Source of the DNA: an uncultured virus (IMG/VR IMGVR_UViG_2758568038_000001)
Taxonomy: Duplodnaviria; Heunggongvirae; Uroviricota; Caudoviricetes
Direction: 5' to 3' (one strand)
IMG/VR virus record: IMGVR_UViG_2758568038_000001
Length of the DNA: 64,000 nucleotides
The notes below the pieces were generated by a model. The model did not search any database, was not told the DNA's origin, and worked only from the letters and a program-made list of their open reading frames with translations. Of this stretch, positions 35,313 to 44,179 are shown piece after piece. Within the stretch, counting starts at the first letter, position 1. Each line of letters starts with the position of its first letter. Both the position numbers and the translations under genes were made by a program.

Positions 35313-36974
35313 TTGATCCAGTCTTCCCCGAGGGAAGGCCAAGGAGTGAATGTCTTGAAGTCCAACCAACGCGCCACCATAGAGACACTGCTGGAGCGCA
35401 ACACATCGCAACGCGAGATCGCCCGCATCACGGGCATCGACCGCAAGACGGTCAGGAGCTACCACCAGCGCTGGCTGGAGCAACTGCAGTCAAATTCCCC
35501 CGGGGTGGCCACCGGCTCGGCAGGTCAAATTCCCCCACCCTGGCCACCGGCTCCTGGGCCGGTGGCCACCTCCCTGTGCGAACCCTGGCGCGAGTTCATC
35601 GAAGCCCAGCTGCGGCTGAAGCGAAACGCCACGGCCATCTACCAGGACCTGGTCGACCAGCACGGCTTTGATGGCCAGTACAACTCGGTCAAACGCTTCT
35701 GTGCAAAGTTGCGGCACAAGGAGCCCGAGCAGTTCGATCGCCTGTCCTTCCTGCCCGGCGAGGAGATGCAGGTGGACTACGGCGAGGGCGCGCCCACCCG
35801 CGTGCCCGGCAGCGACCGGTACCGCAAGCCCCGCCTGTTCGTGGCCACCTTGCGGTATTCCCGTGCCAGTTTCCGGTGCGTGGTCTGGAAGTCCAGCCAG
35901 CAGATCTGGGCCGAGCTGCACGAGCGGGCCCTGCGGTACTTCGGGGGCTGCCCCCAGTACGTGGTGCTGGACAATCTGAAGGAAGGCGTCCTCAAGCCCG
36001 ACCTGTACGAGCCCGATCTCAACCCGGTGTACGCCGCCGCCCTGGCGCACTACGGCGTGGTGGCCGACCCGGCGCGGGTGCGAGACCCCAACCGCAAGGG
36101 CACGGTGGAGCATGCCATCGGCCATACCCAGGCCACGGCCTTGAAGGGCCGGCGCTTTGAGTCCATCGAGGCCCAGAACGAGTTCCTGGCGCACTGGGAG
36201 AAGAGCTGGGCATCCAAGCGCATCCACGGCACCGAGCGACGCCAGGTGCAGGCCATGTTCGAGGAAGAGCGCAGCCACCTCAAACCCCTGCCAGTGCTGG
36301 GAATGCAGTATTTCGACGAGGCGGTGCGCACCGTCTGCGACGACAGCTGTGTGCGGGTGGATCACAGCAGCTACGCCGCTCGCCCGGCGAACATCGGCTC
36401 CAAGGTGTTGGTGCGCATCTACGCCCAGCGCATCGAGATTCGTGACATGCACACCCGTGCCTTGCTGCGCACCCACGCCAAGGCCGAGCGTCCCGGCACG
36501 GTGATTCTGCCCATGGAGGAGCGGGTGTTCAATCCGTCTCGCGAGACCCGCCTGATCCTGCGTCAGGCCGGCGAGATTGGTGAGCACGCCAGCCGGCTGT
36601 GTGAGCTGCTCTTTGCCATCGAGGGTCGTGTCGGGCAGCGCAAGCTCTGGGGCATTGTGGGACTCATGCGCCGTTACCCGGCGCACTGCATCAATGCCGC
36701 CTGCGCCCAGGCCCTGGAGCAAGGGGTCTACAGCTACAAGCGCGTGCTGGCGCTGACCGAAGCCCTCTTTGCCCAGGCGATGGCGGCCATCGAGGCTACC
36801 TGCGGCGAAGCACCCGCCGCCGGTGCCCACGCGCTGACGCAGCAGCATGAGCTCATCCGAGACGCTGAGGAGTACAGCGATCTCTTCGCGCTCGCCGCCG
36901 CCACGGCAAACACCACCACCACCACCACCACCACCACCAACAACACCACCAACGCACCGGGAGTTCAGCCATGA
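35313..36974 (+). CDS. istA: IS21 transposase (start may be 35346 or 35355)
   Basis: N-terminal HTH, PGEEMQVDYG, VVLDNLK, KGTVE (DDE triad). Confidence 0.93.
   Translation: MIQSSPREGQGVNVLKSNQRATIETLLERNTSQREIARITGIDRKTVRSYHQRWLEQLQSNSPGVATGSAGQIPPPWPPAPGPVATSLCEPWREFIEAQLRLKRNATAIYQDLVDQHGFDGQYNSVKRFCAKLRHKEPEQFDRLSFLPGEEMQVDYGEGAPTRVPGSDRYRKPRLFVATLRYSRASFRCVVWKSSQQIWAELHERALRYFGGCPQYVVLDNLKEGVLKPDLYEPDLNPVYAAALAHYGVVADPARVRDPNRKGTVEHAIGHTQATALKGRRFESIEAQNEFLAHWEKSWASKRIHGTERRQVQAMFEEERSHLKPLPVLGMQYFDEAVRTVCDDSCVRVDHSSYAARPANIGSKVLVRIYAQRIEIRDMHTRALLRTHAKAERPGTVILPMEERVFNPSRETRLILRQAGEIGEHASRLCELLFAIEGRVGQRKLWGIVGLMRRYPAHCINAACAQALEQGVYSYKRVLALTEALFAQAMAAIEATCGEAPAAGAHALTQQHELIRDAEEYSDLFALAAATANTTTTTTTTTNNTTNAPGVQP
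36909..36953 (+). repeat. (ACC)9 / AAC microsatellite encoding poly-Thr at the IstA C-terminus
   Basis: Direct reading; nine ACC at 36912-36938. Confidence 0.9.
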
Positions 36975-37735
36975 ACATGATCGAGATCGAACGCGCGCTG
37001 CGCGAGCTGCGCCTGTCCGGCATCGCCGAGACCCTGTCCACCCGCGTGATGCAGGCCCAGGCCGCCCAGCAGCCTTTCCTGGAGACCTTCGCCGCCATGC
37101 TGCAAGACGAGCTGGACCGCCGGCGCTCTCGCCTGACCGAGCGCCGCTTCAAGCGCTCGGGTCTGGATGAGCGCCCCTCGCTGGCTGACTTCGACTGGCG
37201 TTTCAACCCGAAGCTGCCGCGCAGCGCCTGCTTCGAGTTGCACACCCTGAAGTTCATCGGCGAGGGGGCCAACGCGCTGATCATCGGCAAGCCGGGCACC
37301 GGCAAGAGCCATGTGGCCAAGGCCGTGGCCTACCAGGCCACGCTGCAGGGCTATGACGTGCGTTACCTGGAAGCCGACACCGAGTTCGCCCGTTACGCGC
37401 TGGCCACTACGGCAGAGCGCACCGAGCTGCTCAAGGACTGGGTCGCGCCGGACCTGCTCGTCCTCGATGACCTGTTCCTGGCCAGACGCATCAGCGAGCA
37501 TGCCGCTGAAGTCCTACAGGCCATCGTGCACCAGCGCTACAAGCTGCGCCGCGCTGTTCTCATCACGTCCAACCGCGTGGTGCAGGACTGGGGCAAATAC
37601 CTCGGCGACGCCACCATGGCCAGCACCATCCTGGATCGCCTCATGCACCGCTGCGCGATGCTGGAGTTCGAGGGCAAGAGCTACCGCCTCAAGGAGGCCG
37701 CTGCACGCATCGCCATCACACCCGAGTCGTCATAA
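36971..37735 (+). CDS. istB: IS21 helper ATPase
   Basis: GKPGTGKS, LLVLDD, ITSN, ILDRLMH, GKSYR. Confidence 0.95.
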   Translation: MNMIEIERALRELRLSGIAETLSTRVMQAQAAQQPFLETFAAMLQDELDRRRSRLTERRFKRSGLDERPSLADFDWRFNPKLPRSACFELHTLKFIGEGANALIIGKPGTGKSHVAKAVAYQATLQGYDVRYLEADTEFARYALATTAERTELLKDWVAPDLLVLDDLFLARRISEHAAEVLQAIVHQRYKLRRAVLITSNRVVQDWGKYLGDATMASTILDRLMHRCAMLEFEGKSYRLKEAAARIAITPESS

Positions 37736-37989
37736 TCCGACCGTCCTGCCTGGGGGAATTTGGGGTGGCCAAGGGTGGGGGAATTTGACCTGGCCATCGG
37801 GGGACCCCGAGACCTTGCTTATTCGCAAGGTCGAAGGACTCGCACAGCTGCTCGGCTGTAGCGAGCAACACGCCCAGCGCTTGATTCTCGAACGCTGCGA
37901 ACTCCCCATCTGATCTCAGCCTCGTGTGCTCTTCATCGAGCACACCGGGATGCGTTCCTGCATCGTTTAACTTAAATAGAAAGTTCACC

Positions 37990-38871
37990 ATGTCCAAGAT
38001 CACCACTTCCACCGCCACGTTCTGCCTGTTTGATTTCATCCGTGATGTGCCCAACCCAGACGTTGCTGCGCAGATCGCCCAATCCACCGCATGGCGTATC
38101 GACACGCTCATCCAAGGTGCTGCGCGTCAGCTGTTCAAGGCTGTGCGCGAAGACCAGTACAAGAAAGGCGTTGATGGTCTGGCCGAGTTGTCGATGGCCC
38201 TCAAAGAGCAGGCATTCGCCGAATATGCCTTCGAAGATGCTGGCTCCATCACCACTGGCCCTGTCGCCACCATCAAGGAACTCATGCTGCACCGTGAGGG
38301 CGCCTACAACCTGGCATCAGAACTCACCTCGTTGTGCATCGACTACCAAGGTCGACCCAAGTCGTTTCAGATCCCTGATCTGGATGATGTGTTCTTCAAC
38401 GAGGTGAACCTGAAGGTGCGCCCGCAGACCAAGCGTCGCATTGCGATGAGCGTCGAGCGTCGTGCTAAGGCGTACGACCTCACGGCTGATGAGACACAAG
38501 CACAAGTTGCACGCCGTGTGCAGCGCGAAGAAGACAAGCTGAAGGACGTAGGCCTCACGCTGCAAGAGCAAGCTGGTGCGGTGTACGAGATGTTCCGCCA
38601 AGCGTGCGCAGTCACGCTGGATGCCGAAGTGGGTCAGGAGTTCCACACGATGGACACCAACAACCAGCGCACGCTGATCGAGTCGGCTATGACCGCAGCG
38701 GATCGTGCTGAAGAGTACGCCACGTCGTCGACCAACCTGTCGGACGCCGAGTTCGACGACGTGTGCATGTGCGTGCTCAACGTGAACAAGCAACTCAAGC
38801 TCGTGCTGAACAGCTCGCGCTTCAAGACGCATGCTCAGCGCGAAGCTGCTGCCGCCGTGAACGTCGGCTAA
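37990..38871 (+). CDS. hypothetical protein, 293 aa
   Basis: Long ORF from MSKITT with typical codon usage. Confidence 0.8.
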   Translation: MSKITTSTATFCLFDFIRDVPNPDVAAQIAQSTAWRIDTLIQGAARQLFKAVREDQYKKGVDGLAELSMALKEQAFAEYAFEDAGSITTGPVATIKELMLHREGAYNLASELTSLCIDYQGRPKSFQIPDLDDVFFNEVNLKVRPQTKRRIAMSVERRAKAYDLTADETQAQVARRVQREEDKLKDVGLTLQEQAGAVYEMFRQACAVTLDAEVGQEFHTMDTNNQRTLIESAMTAADRAEEYATSSTNLSDAEFDDVCMCVLNVNKQLKLVLNSSRFKTHAQREAAAAVNVG

Positions 38872-38947
38872 GAGATGAGAGCGTAGGGCGTAAGCCCTAC
38901 GCTCTCATCGCGCGGGGTAGAGTTATGGGCCTTGAAGGAGAGATGAG

Positions 38948-39340
38948 ATGACAGATACCGAGTACAACAGCGAAGAGTTGATCGAGCTGGTGGCAGAGTT
39001 TGCCGAAATCCCAGGACATCTCAGCGAAGATGATGACCGTTGGGTGGTCCCTCGGCTAAGCGCAGCAGATTACGACCGTACCGGCCTAACACGCGGGCGT
39101 ACGTGGTGGGACCCGCGGATAGACAACGGCGATGCGATGCAGCTTGCTGTACGCCTCGGCATCGATACGTATACAGCACACATAAGCCTCAGTGGCAAAC
39201 GTACAGTCAGTGCCGGAAAAGTGGATGGCCCGGGTCTAGGCGTCGAATGCCTTAGCAAATCAACCGGCGACAACCTAGCTGCAATGCGCCGCGCGATCTT
39301 CGGGACCGCCGTAAAAATGGCGCAAGAAGCGTCGTCCTGA
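38948..39340 (+). CDS. hypothetical protein, 130 aa
   Basis: AGGAG upstream; WDPRIDNGDAMQLAVRLGI motif. Confidence 0.7.
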   Translation: MTDTEYNSEELIELVAEFAEIPGHLSEDDDRWVVPRLSAADYDRTGLTRGRTWWDPRIDNGDAMQLAVRLGIDTYTAHISLSGKRTVSAGKVDGPGLGVECLSKSTGDNLAAMRRAIFGTAVKMAQEASS

Positions 39341-39374
39341 GCCCTTAGAACTTACGCTCTTCGGGGCCGAATCT

Positions 39375-39480
39375 TTTTCGTTTCCATATACATAGTACTT
39401 AGTACTTAGTTTTATATATTTATATTCTCTTAAGAGTTTATATTTATAAGTATAAGAGTATAAGGTATTAAATAGGTAGT
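39375..39480. other. AT-rich element, candidate replication origin
   Basis: Extreme AT content, TAGTACT and TATAAG repeats, just upstream of primase-helicase. Confidence 0.55.
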
Positions 39481-39561
39481 AGGATAGTGTCCCCACCAGG
39501 TGCTGTGCCTGGACGTGCGCCCTCTGCTCGAACATCTGCAAAAGATCCACAAAGATAGACC

Positions 39562-42009
39562 ATGAACATCATCTTCCTCGAGGCCTCTGTACCCCTCACC
39601 AAGACCTACTCAAAATCATCCGGCGCTGTCGTGAAGACCCCCTACCCATTCGTGTGGGAGTTCACCTCGCACTCCGAGCCGTGCAAGTCGCTCGTCGAGC
39701 TCGAACATCTGTTGAAGACTCACGCAGCACTCGGCCACTGTGCGCTGAAGGGTTCGATCGCACGCCCACTGGTTAAAGAGTCTCGCGCTGGCAGCACAGA
39801 CACCAACAGCACGACCGAGTGGCTCGTACTCGACCTGGACGGGCTGCCCGAAACCATTGACCTGGTCACCCCGTCAGGCAAGTCGCAGAGTGCGCCGCTC
39901 ACCATCGATTTGTTTCTGGCTGAGATGGGCCTGGCCGACATCAGCTACATCGTGCAGTACTCAGCCTCATACGGCATCGAGAACCAGCGCCTGCGCGCTC
40001 ACATCTTCATGCTGCTGGACAAGCCCTATGCAGCTCCGCTGCTCAAGCAATGGCTCATCCAGAAGAACCACGAGGTGCCCCTGCTCCATGGCTCCATGGG
40101 TCTGACCAAGACAGGCAACTCCATCTCCTGGCCGCTGGACATCAGTGCATGCCAGAACGACAAGCTGATCTACATCGCACCCCCAGTACTCAAGGGCATC
40201 AAGGACCCGATGGGCAAGACGCCGCGCATCTCGTACGTCAAGCGCAAGCACGACAAGCTCAGCCTCAACGGCCTGGTGTCCAGCTCCAGCAAGAACAAGG
40301 AGCTGAACCACAAGCGCATCGCTGACCTGCGCGAAGAGTCCGGCCTCCCAGCCCGCAAGATCACCTACAAGATGCACGGCAGCACCGAGGTCATGCTCAA
40401 GCCTGACGAGTGCATCATCACCGAGATGAAGACCGAGCGCGGCTTCGTCTACTTCAACCTCAACGGAGGGGACTCATGGGCGTACTACCACCCCGAGAAC
40501 GCACCGGACTACATCTTGAACTTCAAAGGCGAGCCCGCCTATCTGACCAAGGAATTGTTGCCCGACTATTGGCAGCAACTGACTGGAACCGGTTCATCGA
40601 CGCGTGTCTCCTCCAACGGTCTAACCTATCTCGCTTTCCTCGACCGCAGCACTGGGGTCTACTGGCGTGGGACGTACGACGCAGCCGCCGACTTGCTGGA
40701 CATCACGCCAGCAAAAAACGAGACACAGCTGCGTCACTTTGCCAAGCAATACGGCGTGCCTATGGGCGACTTCGTCCCAGAATGGGACCTCACGTTCGAT
40801 CCCACCGACATGGTGCGCGTCGACGTCCAGAACCGCACCGTCAACAAGTTCCAGCCTACGCAGTACATGCTCAACGCCGGCACTAAGTCACCCAAGGCCA
40901 TCCCCAAGACGATCCACAAAGTCATCTGGCATGCCCTGGGCGGCGAGCAAGCCATCTTCGACCACTACATCAACTGGCTGGCTACCATCGTGCAGACGCG
41001 CGACCGCACACGCACCGCGTGGGTCCTGCACGGCACGGAAGGCACAGGTAAGGGCGTGATGGTCGGTAAGATCCTGCGCCCGCTGTTTGGCGGCCACGTC
41101 GCGCTGCGCCGCATGGAGGAGCTCAACGAGAAGTACAACCAGTTCATGCAGAACTCGTTCCTTGTCTTCGTCGATGAGGTCCAGACCAAGGCGCTACAGA
41201 ACGAGCAGGGCGTCATGGCCAAGCTGCGCAACTTCATCACCGAGGACACCATCCCGATCCGGGCCATGTACTCGAATGATGTCATCGTCCACAACTACAC
41301 GAACTGGATCTTCTCTTCCAACATGTCTGACCCTGTCAGCATCAAGAAGGGTGACCGCCGCTTCAATGTCGGCAAGTACCAGTCAGTGAAGCTGCAGATG
41401 ACTGACTCCGAGATCGACGGCATCGAGAAAGAGCTGCAGGCCTTCTATGACTACCTGGTGAACTACCCGGCCGACTTCGAGCTGGCCGGTCAGATCATCC
41501 AGACCGCAGACCGTGACACGATGATCTCGATCAGCGAAAGCTCGATCGACACGGTGGGCTCGGCGCTGCTGGAAGGCAACTTCGATTTCTTCATCGAACA
41601 ACTGCCGACCGACAACAGCCACCTGCGCAACGCGCTGCAGGCCAACAAGGTCAAGGACTACGAAGACGTGCTGCGCAACGCCATGGCGCGCACACAACCC
41701 AGCGGCGATTGCGCCGTGGCACGCGAAGAGCTGCGCACCTTGTTCGACTTCACCGTGGGCGGTATGCCCACCAGCCCGAACAAATTCACGTCACTCCTCA
41801 AACACCACCGCATTCACATGGATGCTGTATGGGTCAACAACAAAACAGTCCGGGGAATCAAAGTACGCTGGAAAGACATGGCACAGTTCCCGACCTATCT
41901 GAGCCAGCACCTCGCGTCGCCGAACTCAAGCGCATCTTCCGCGCCTACTTCGACGACTACCCCAAAACTCGCCGGCAAGCGCGCACCGAAAGCTAAGGAG
42001 GCAGTGTGA
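39562..42009 (+). CDS. primase-helicase (C-terminal SF3-like helicase), 815 aa
   Basis: N-terminal LVLDLD and RAHIF; Walker A GTEGTGKG, Walker B VFVDE, FSSN, GDRRF. Confidence 0.85.
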   Translation: MNIIFLEASVPLTKTYSKSSGAVVKTPYPFVWEFTSHSEPCKSLVELEHLLKTHAALGHCALKGSIARPLVKESRAGSTDTNSTTEWLVLDLDGLPETIDLVTPSGKSQSAPLTIDLFLAEMGLADISYIVQYSASYGIENQRLRAHIFMLLDKPYAAPLLKQWLIQKNHEVPLLHGSMGLTKTGNSISWPLDISACQNDKLIYIAPPVLKGIKDPMGKTPRISYVKRKHDKLSLNGLVSSSSKNKELNHKRIADLREESGLPARKITYKMHGSTEVMLKPDECIITEMKTERGFVYFNLNGGDSWAYYHPENAPDYILNFKGEPAYLTKELLPDYWQQLTGTGSSTRVSSNGLTYLAFLDRSTGVYWRGTYDAAADLLDITPAKNETQLRHFAKQYGVPMGDFVPEWDLTFDPTDMVRVDVQNRTVNKFQPTQYMLNAGTKSPKAIPKTIHKVIWHALGGEQAIFDHYINWLATIVQTRDRTRTAWVLHGTEGTGKGVMVGKILRPLFGGHVALRRMEELNEKYNQFMQNSFLVFVDEVQTKALQNEQGVMAKLRNFITEDTIPIRAMYSNDVIVHNYTNWIFSSNMSDPVSIKKGDRRFNVGKYQSVKLQMTDSEIDGIEKELQAFYDYLVNYPADFELAGQIIQTADRDTMISISESSIDTVGSALLEGNFDFFIEQLPTDNSHLRNALQANKVKDYEDVLRNAMARTQPSGDCAVAREELRTLFDFTVGGMPTSPNKFTSLLKHHRIHMDAVWVNNKTVRGIKVRWKDMAQFPTYLSQHLASPNSSASSAPTSTTTPKLAGKRAPKAKEAV

Positions 42010-42239
42010 CCGTCGTACTCACCCTGACCGACATCACCGAGCACCCGCCGCCATTCAGCTCCGTCGTCCGCATCGCGCCCCGCGAGTTCGTCGTGTTCGC
42101 CAGGCGTACGGAGAACACTGGCTGCAAGGACTGCGCGTTCGTGGATGATGACCCGCGGTGCAAGGCCGCAGAGTGCTTCGGCGGCATCTACATCCCGAAG
42201 GACAAATACCTCGAGATGCGGCTGCTAGGAGAACTGTGA
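42006..42239 (+). CDS. small Cys-containing protein, paralog 1
   Basis: GGAGG RBS with GTG start; CKDCAF; ends YLEMRLLGEL. Confidence 0.7.
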   Translation: MTVVLTLTDITEHPPPFSSVVRIAPREFVVFARRTENTGCKDCAFVDDDPRCKAAECFGGIYIPKDKYLEMRLLGEL

Positions 42240-42484
42240 TGGCCGAACTTGCATGGACCACCATCGCTGGTAAACGCGTGCTGCCCGTCCTAGGGCACGA
42301 AGGGATGTGCGGCACAGCCGGCACGCGGCGTACGCGCATAAATTGTGCGTTCTATGATATGGCGTACGGCGACTGCCTCGCACATAACGGCTGCGAAGCA
42401 GACACATTCCCAAACGACACGATCTTCATCACTGAAGATCAGCTCCCTGAGTACCCGGCACGCAAATTAGTAGGAGACCTGTGA
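42239..42484 (+). CDS. small Cys-containing protein, paralog 2 (81 aa)
   Basis: AGGAG RBS; CAFY; ends EYPARKLVGDL. Confidence 0.7.
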   Translation: MAELAWTTIAGKRVLPVLGHEGMCGTAGTRRTRINCAFYDMAYGDCLAHNGCEADTFPNDTIFITEDQLPEYPARKLVGDL

Positions 42485-42681
42485 TGGACGAAAACCTCAT
42501 GCTCGTCAGTAACCCGCCGCGCTGGGCCATCATCGCCGCCGGCAACCGCGCCGGTGACCGCCCGGTGGTCAACGCTCAGCCCGCCGCGCTGGTCAATCGC
42601 TTCGTCCGCATCGACTTTGAAGTCGACCTGGAGGACCAGCTCCCTGAGTACCTGGCACGCAAATTAGTAGGAGACCTGTGA
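42481..42681 (+). CDS. chimeric mini-ORF: fragment of the MoxR ATPase fused to the paralog C-terminus
   Basis: WAIIAAGNRAGDR...DFEVDLED copies 43538-43653; flanked by about 68-bp direct repeats at 42434 and 42631. Confidence 0.6.
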   Translation: MMDENLMLVSNPPRWAIIAAGNRAGDRPVVNAQPAALVNRFVRIDFEVDLEDQLPEYLARKLVGDL

Positions 42682-42700
42682 TGGACGAAGACCTCGTGTC

Positions 42701-42910
42701 ATGAAGACAGAAACCATCCTCGGTGAACAAGTCGTGCGTGTGGACGGACTGGACAGCACCTGTACCGTCGCTAACAACTCGATCTTGGTCTGCGCGTTCT
42801 ATGCCAGAGACTGCCGGCTTTCGGGCAGCCTGGCCTGTGGATTTAGCTCCGACATCTTTATCCGCCCGGACCAGATTGTTGACTACCTAGCCACCAAGCT
42901 CGTGTCATAA
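42701..42910 (+). CDS. small Cys-containing protein, paralog 3
   Basis: CAFY; ends IFIRPDQIVDYLATKLVS. Confidence 0.65.
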   Translation: MKTETILGEQVVRVDGLDSTCTVANNSILVCAFYARDCRLSGSLACGFSSDIFIRPDQIVDYLATKLVS

Positions 42911-42944
42911 TCTTTCATCTTTTTCGATAACAAGTGGACCACCC

Positions 42945-43112
42945 ATGAAACTTCGCCTCTTCGCTCTCCGCAACACCTCTACCGGCAAACTCGTCGCTGA
43001 CACCTACTTCAGCGACAAGCCTGCTGCCAAGCGTGAACGCGATGAGCGCAACAAAGCCGGCGGCACTTACGTCGTCACGCCAGGCCCAGACCACCGCCGC
43101 TTTAACTCGTAA
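42945..43112 (+). CDS. hypothetical protein, 55 aa (MKLRLFALRN...VVTPGPDHRRFNS)
   Basis: Translated by hand; typical codon usage. Confidence 0.65.
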   Translation: MKLRLFALRNTSTGKLVADTYFSDKPAAKRERDERNKAGGTYVVTPGPDHRRFNS

Positions 43113-43173
43113 TCGTTTATCTCACGCGGACCCGCATCCGCTCTATTTCCCGGAACGACTGAAAGGAAACCAA

Positions 43174-44166
43174 ATGCGCCCCTCCCAAGTAAAACTCGCC
43201 CTCCAGCACCTCGTCGCCCGCCAGCGCCCCGCCTTCGTCTGGGGCCCAGTAGGCGCAGGCAAGTCCGACGTCGTTGCCTCAGTCGCCGAAGACCTCAAGC
43301 TCGAACTCCGTGACGTTCGCCTGAACCTCATGGACCCCGTGGACCTCAAGGGCTTTCCTGTTGTGCGCGGCACGGGCAAGAACGAAGTCATGGCCTTCGT
43401 ACCCCCTGACTTCCTGCCCACCAAGGGCAAGGGCATCCTGTTCCTGGACGAAATGAATAGTGCGCCCCAGTCCGTCCAGGCTGCGGCGTACCAGCTCATC
43501 CTGAACCGCAAGCTGGGCAACTACACCATGCCTGACGGCTGGGCCATCATCGCCGCCGGCAACCGCGCTGGCGACCGCTCGGTGGTCAACGCCCAGCCCG
43601 CTGCGCTGGCCAACCGCTTCGTCCACATCGACTTTGAAGTCAACCTGGAGGACTGGAACCTTTGGGCCATGACCAACGACATAAGCGACATCACCCGCGG
43701 CTTCCTGCACTTCAGGCCTGAGCTGCTGCACTCGTTCGATGCAACCACCAACCCGCGTGCGTTCCCGACGCCACGTTCGTGGGCCTTCGCCGATAGCGTG
43801 CGCCAGTCAAATCTGTCGGCCGACACCGAATTCGATCTCATCAAAGGCTCCGTCGGCGAAGGCGCCACTTCGGAATATCTGGCCTTCGCCCGCATGGCCA
43901 GTGAGCTGCCCACTGTGGACGAGATCCTGCTGAATCCTGACAAAGCGCGCGTGTCAGACAACCCGTCGACCATGTTCGCCGCCTCAACCATGCTGGACAG
44001 CAAGGCCACGCCCAACACACTGGGCCGCCTGATGACCTACATGGCTCGCCTGCCTATCGAGTTCCAGGTGTTGTTCATGCGCTCGGCATGCGGCGCCAAT
44101 CGTGACCTGCTCAAGACTCGTGAAGCAATCAAGTGGCTCAGCTCGAACCAAGCAGTGCTGATTTGA
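43174..44166 (+). CDS. MoxR-like AAA+ ATPase, 330 aa
   Basis: WGPVGAGKS, LFLDEMN, AAGNR, ALANRF, PTPRSW; AAGGA RBS. Confidence 0.9.
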   Translation: MRPSQVKLALQHLVARQRPAFVWGPVGAGKSDVVASVAEDLKLELRDVRLNLMDPVDLKGFPVVRGTGKNEVMAFVPPDFLPTKGKGILFLDEMNSAPQSVQAAAYQLILNRKLGNYTMPDGWAIIAAGNRAGDRSVVNAQPAALANRFVHIDFEVNLEDWNLWAMTNDISDITRGFLHFRPELLHSFDATTNPRAFPTPRSWAFADSVRQSNLSADTEFDLIKGSVGEGATSEYLAFARMASELPTVDEILLNPDKARVSDNPSTMFAASTMLDSKATPNTLGRLMTYMARLPIEFQVLFMRSACGANRDLLKTREAIKWLSSNQAVLI

Positions 44167-44179
44167 CGAAAGAAACAAC

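Larger units (their letters stand above)
35202..37802 (+). mobile_element. IS21-family insertion sequence, about 2.6 kb
   Basis: istA-istB; inverted terminal arrays of TGGCCA...CAAATTCCCCC repeats; flanking GACC(CC) duplication at 35198 and 37803 (ends ambiguous by 1-2 bp). Confidence 0.92.
35090..37913 (+). pseudogene. 72-aa phage gene split by the IS (35090-35203 plus 37809-37913)
   Basis: Removing the IS and one GACCCC copy restores MATIKVTIRQ...DDESDP-ETLLIRKVEG...CELPI. Confidence 0.85.

Noticed and set aside
42521..43653. Near-identical 116-bp pair as a diversity-generating retroelement TR/VR
   Set aside because: Differences are transitions in both directions, not adenine-specific, and no reverse transcriptase is present in the window.
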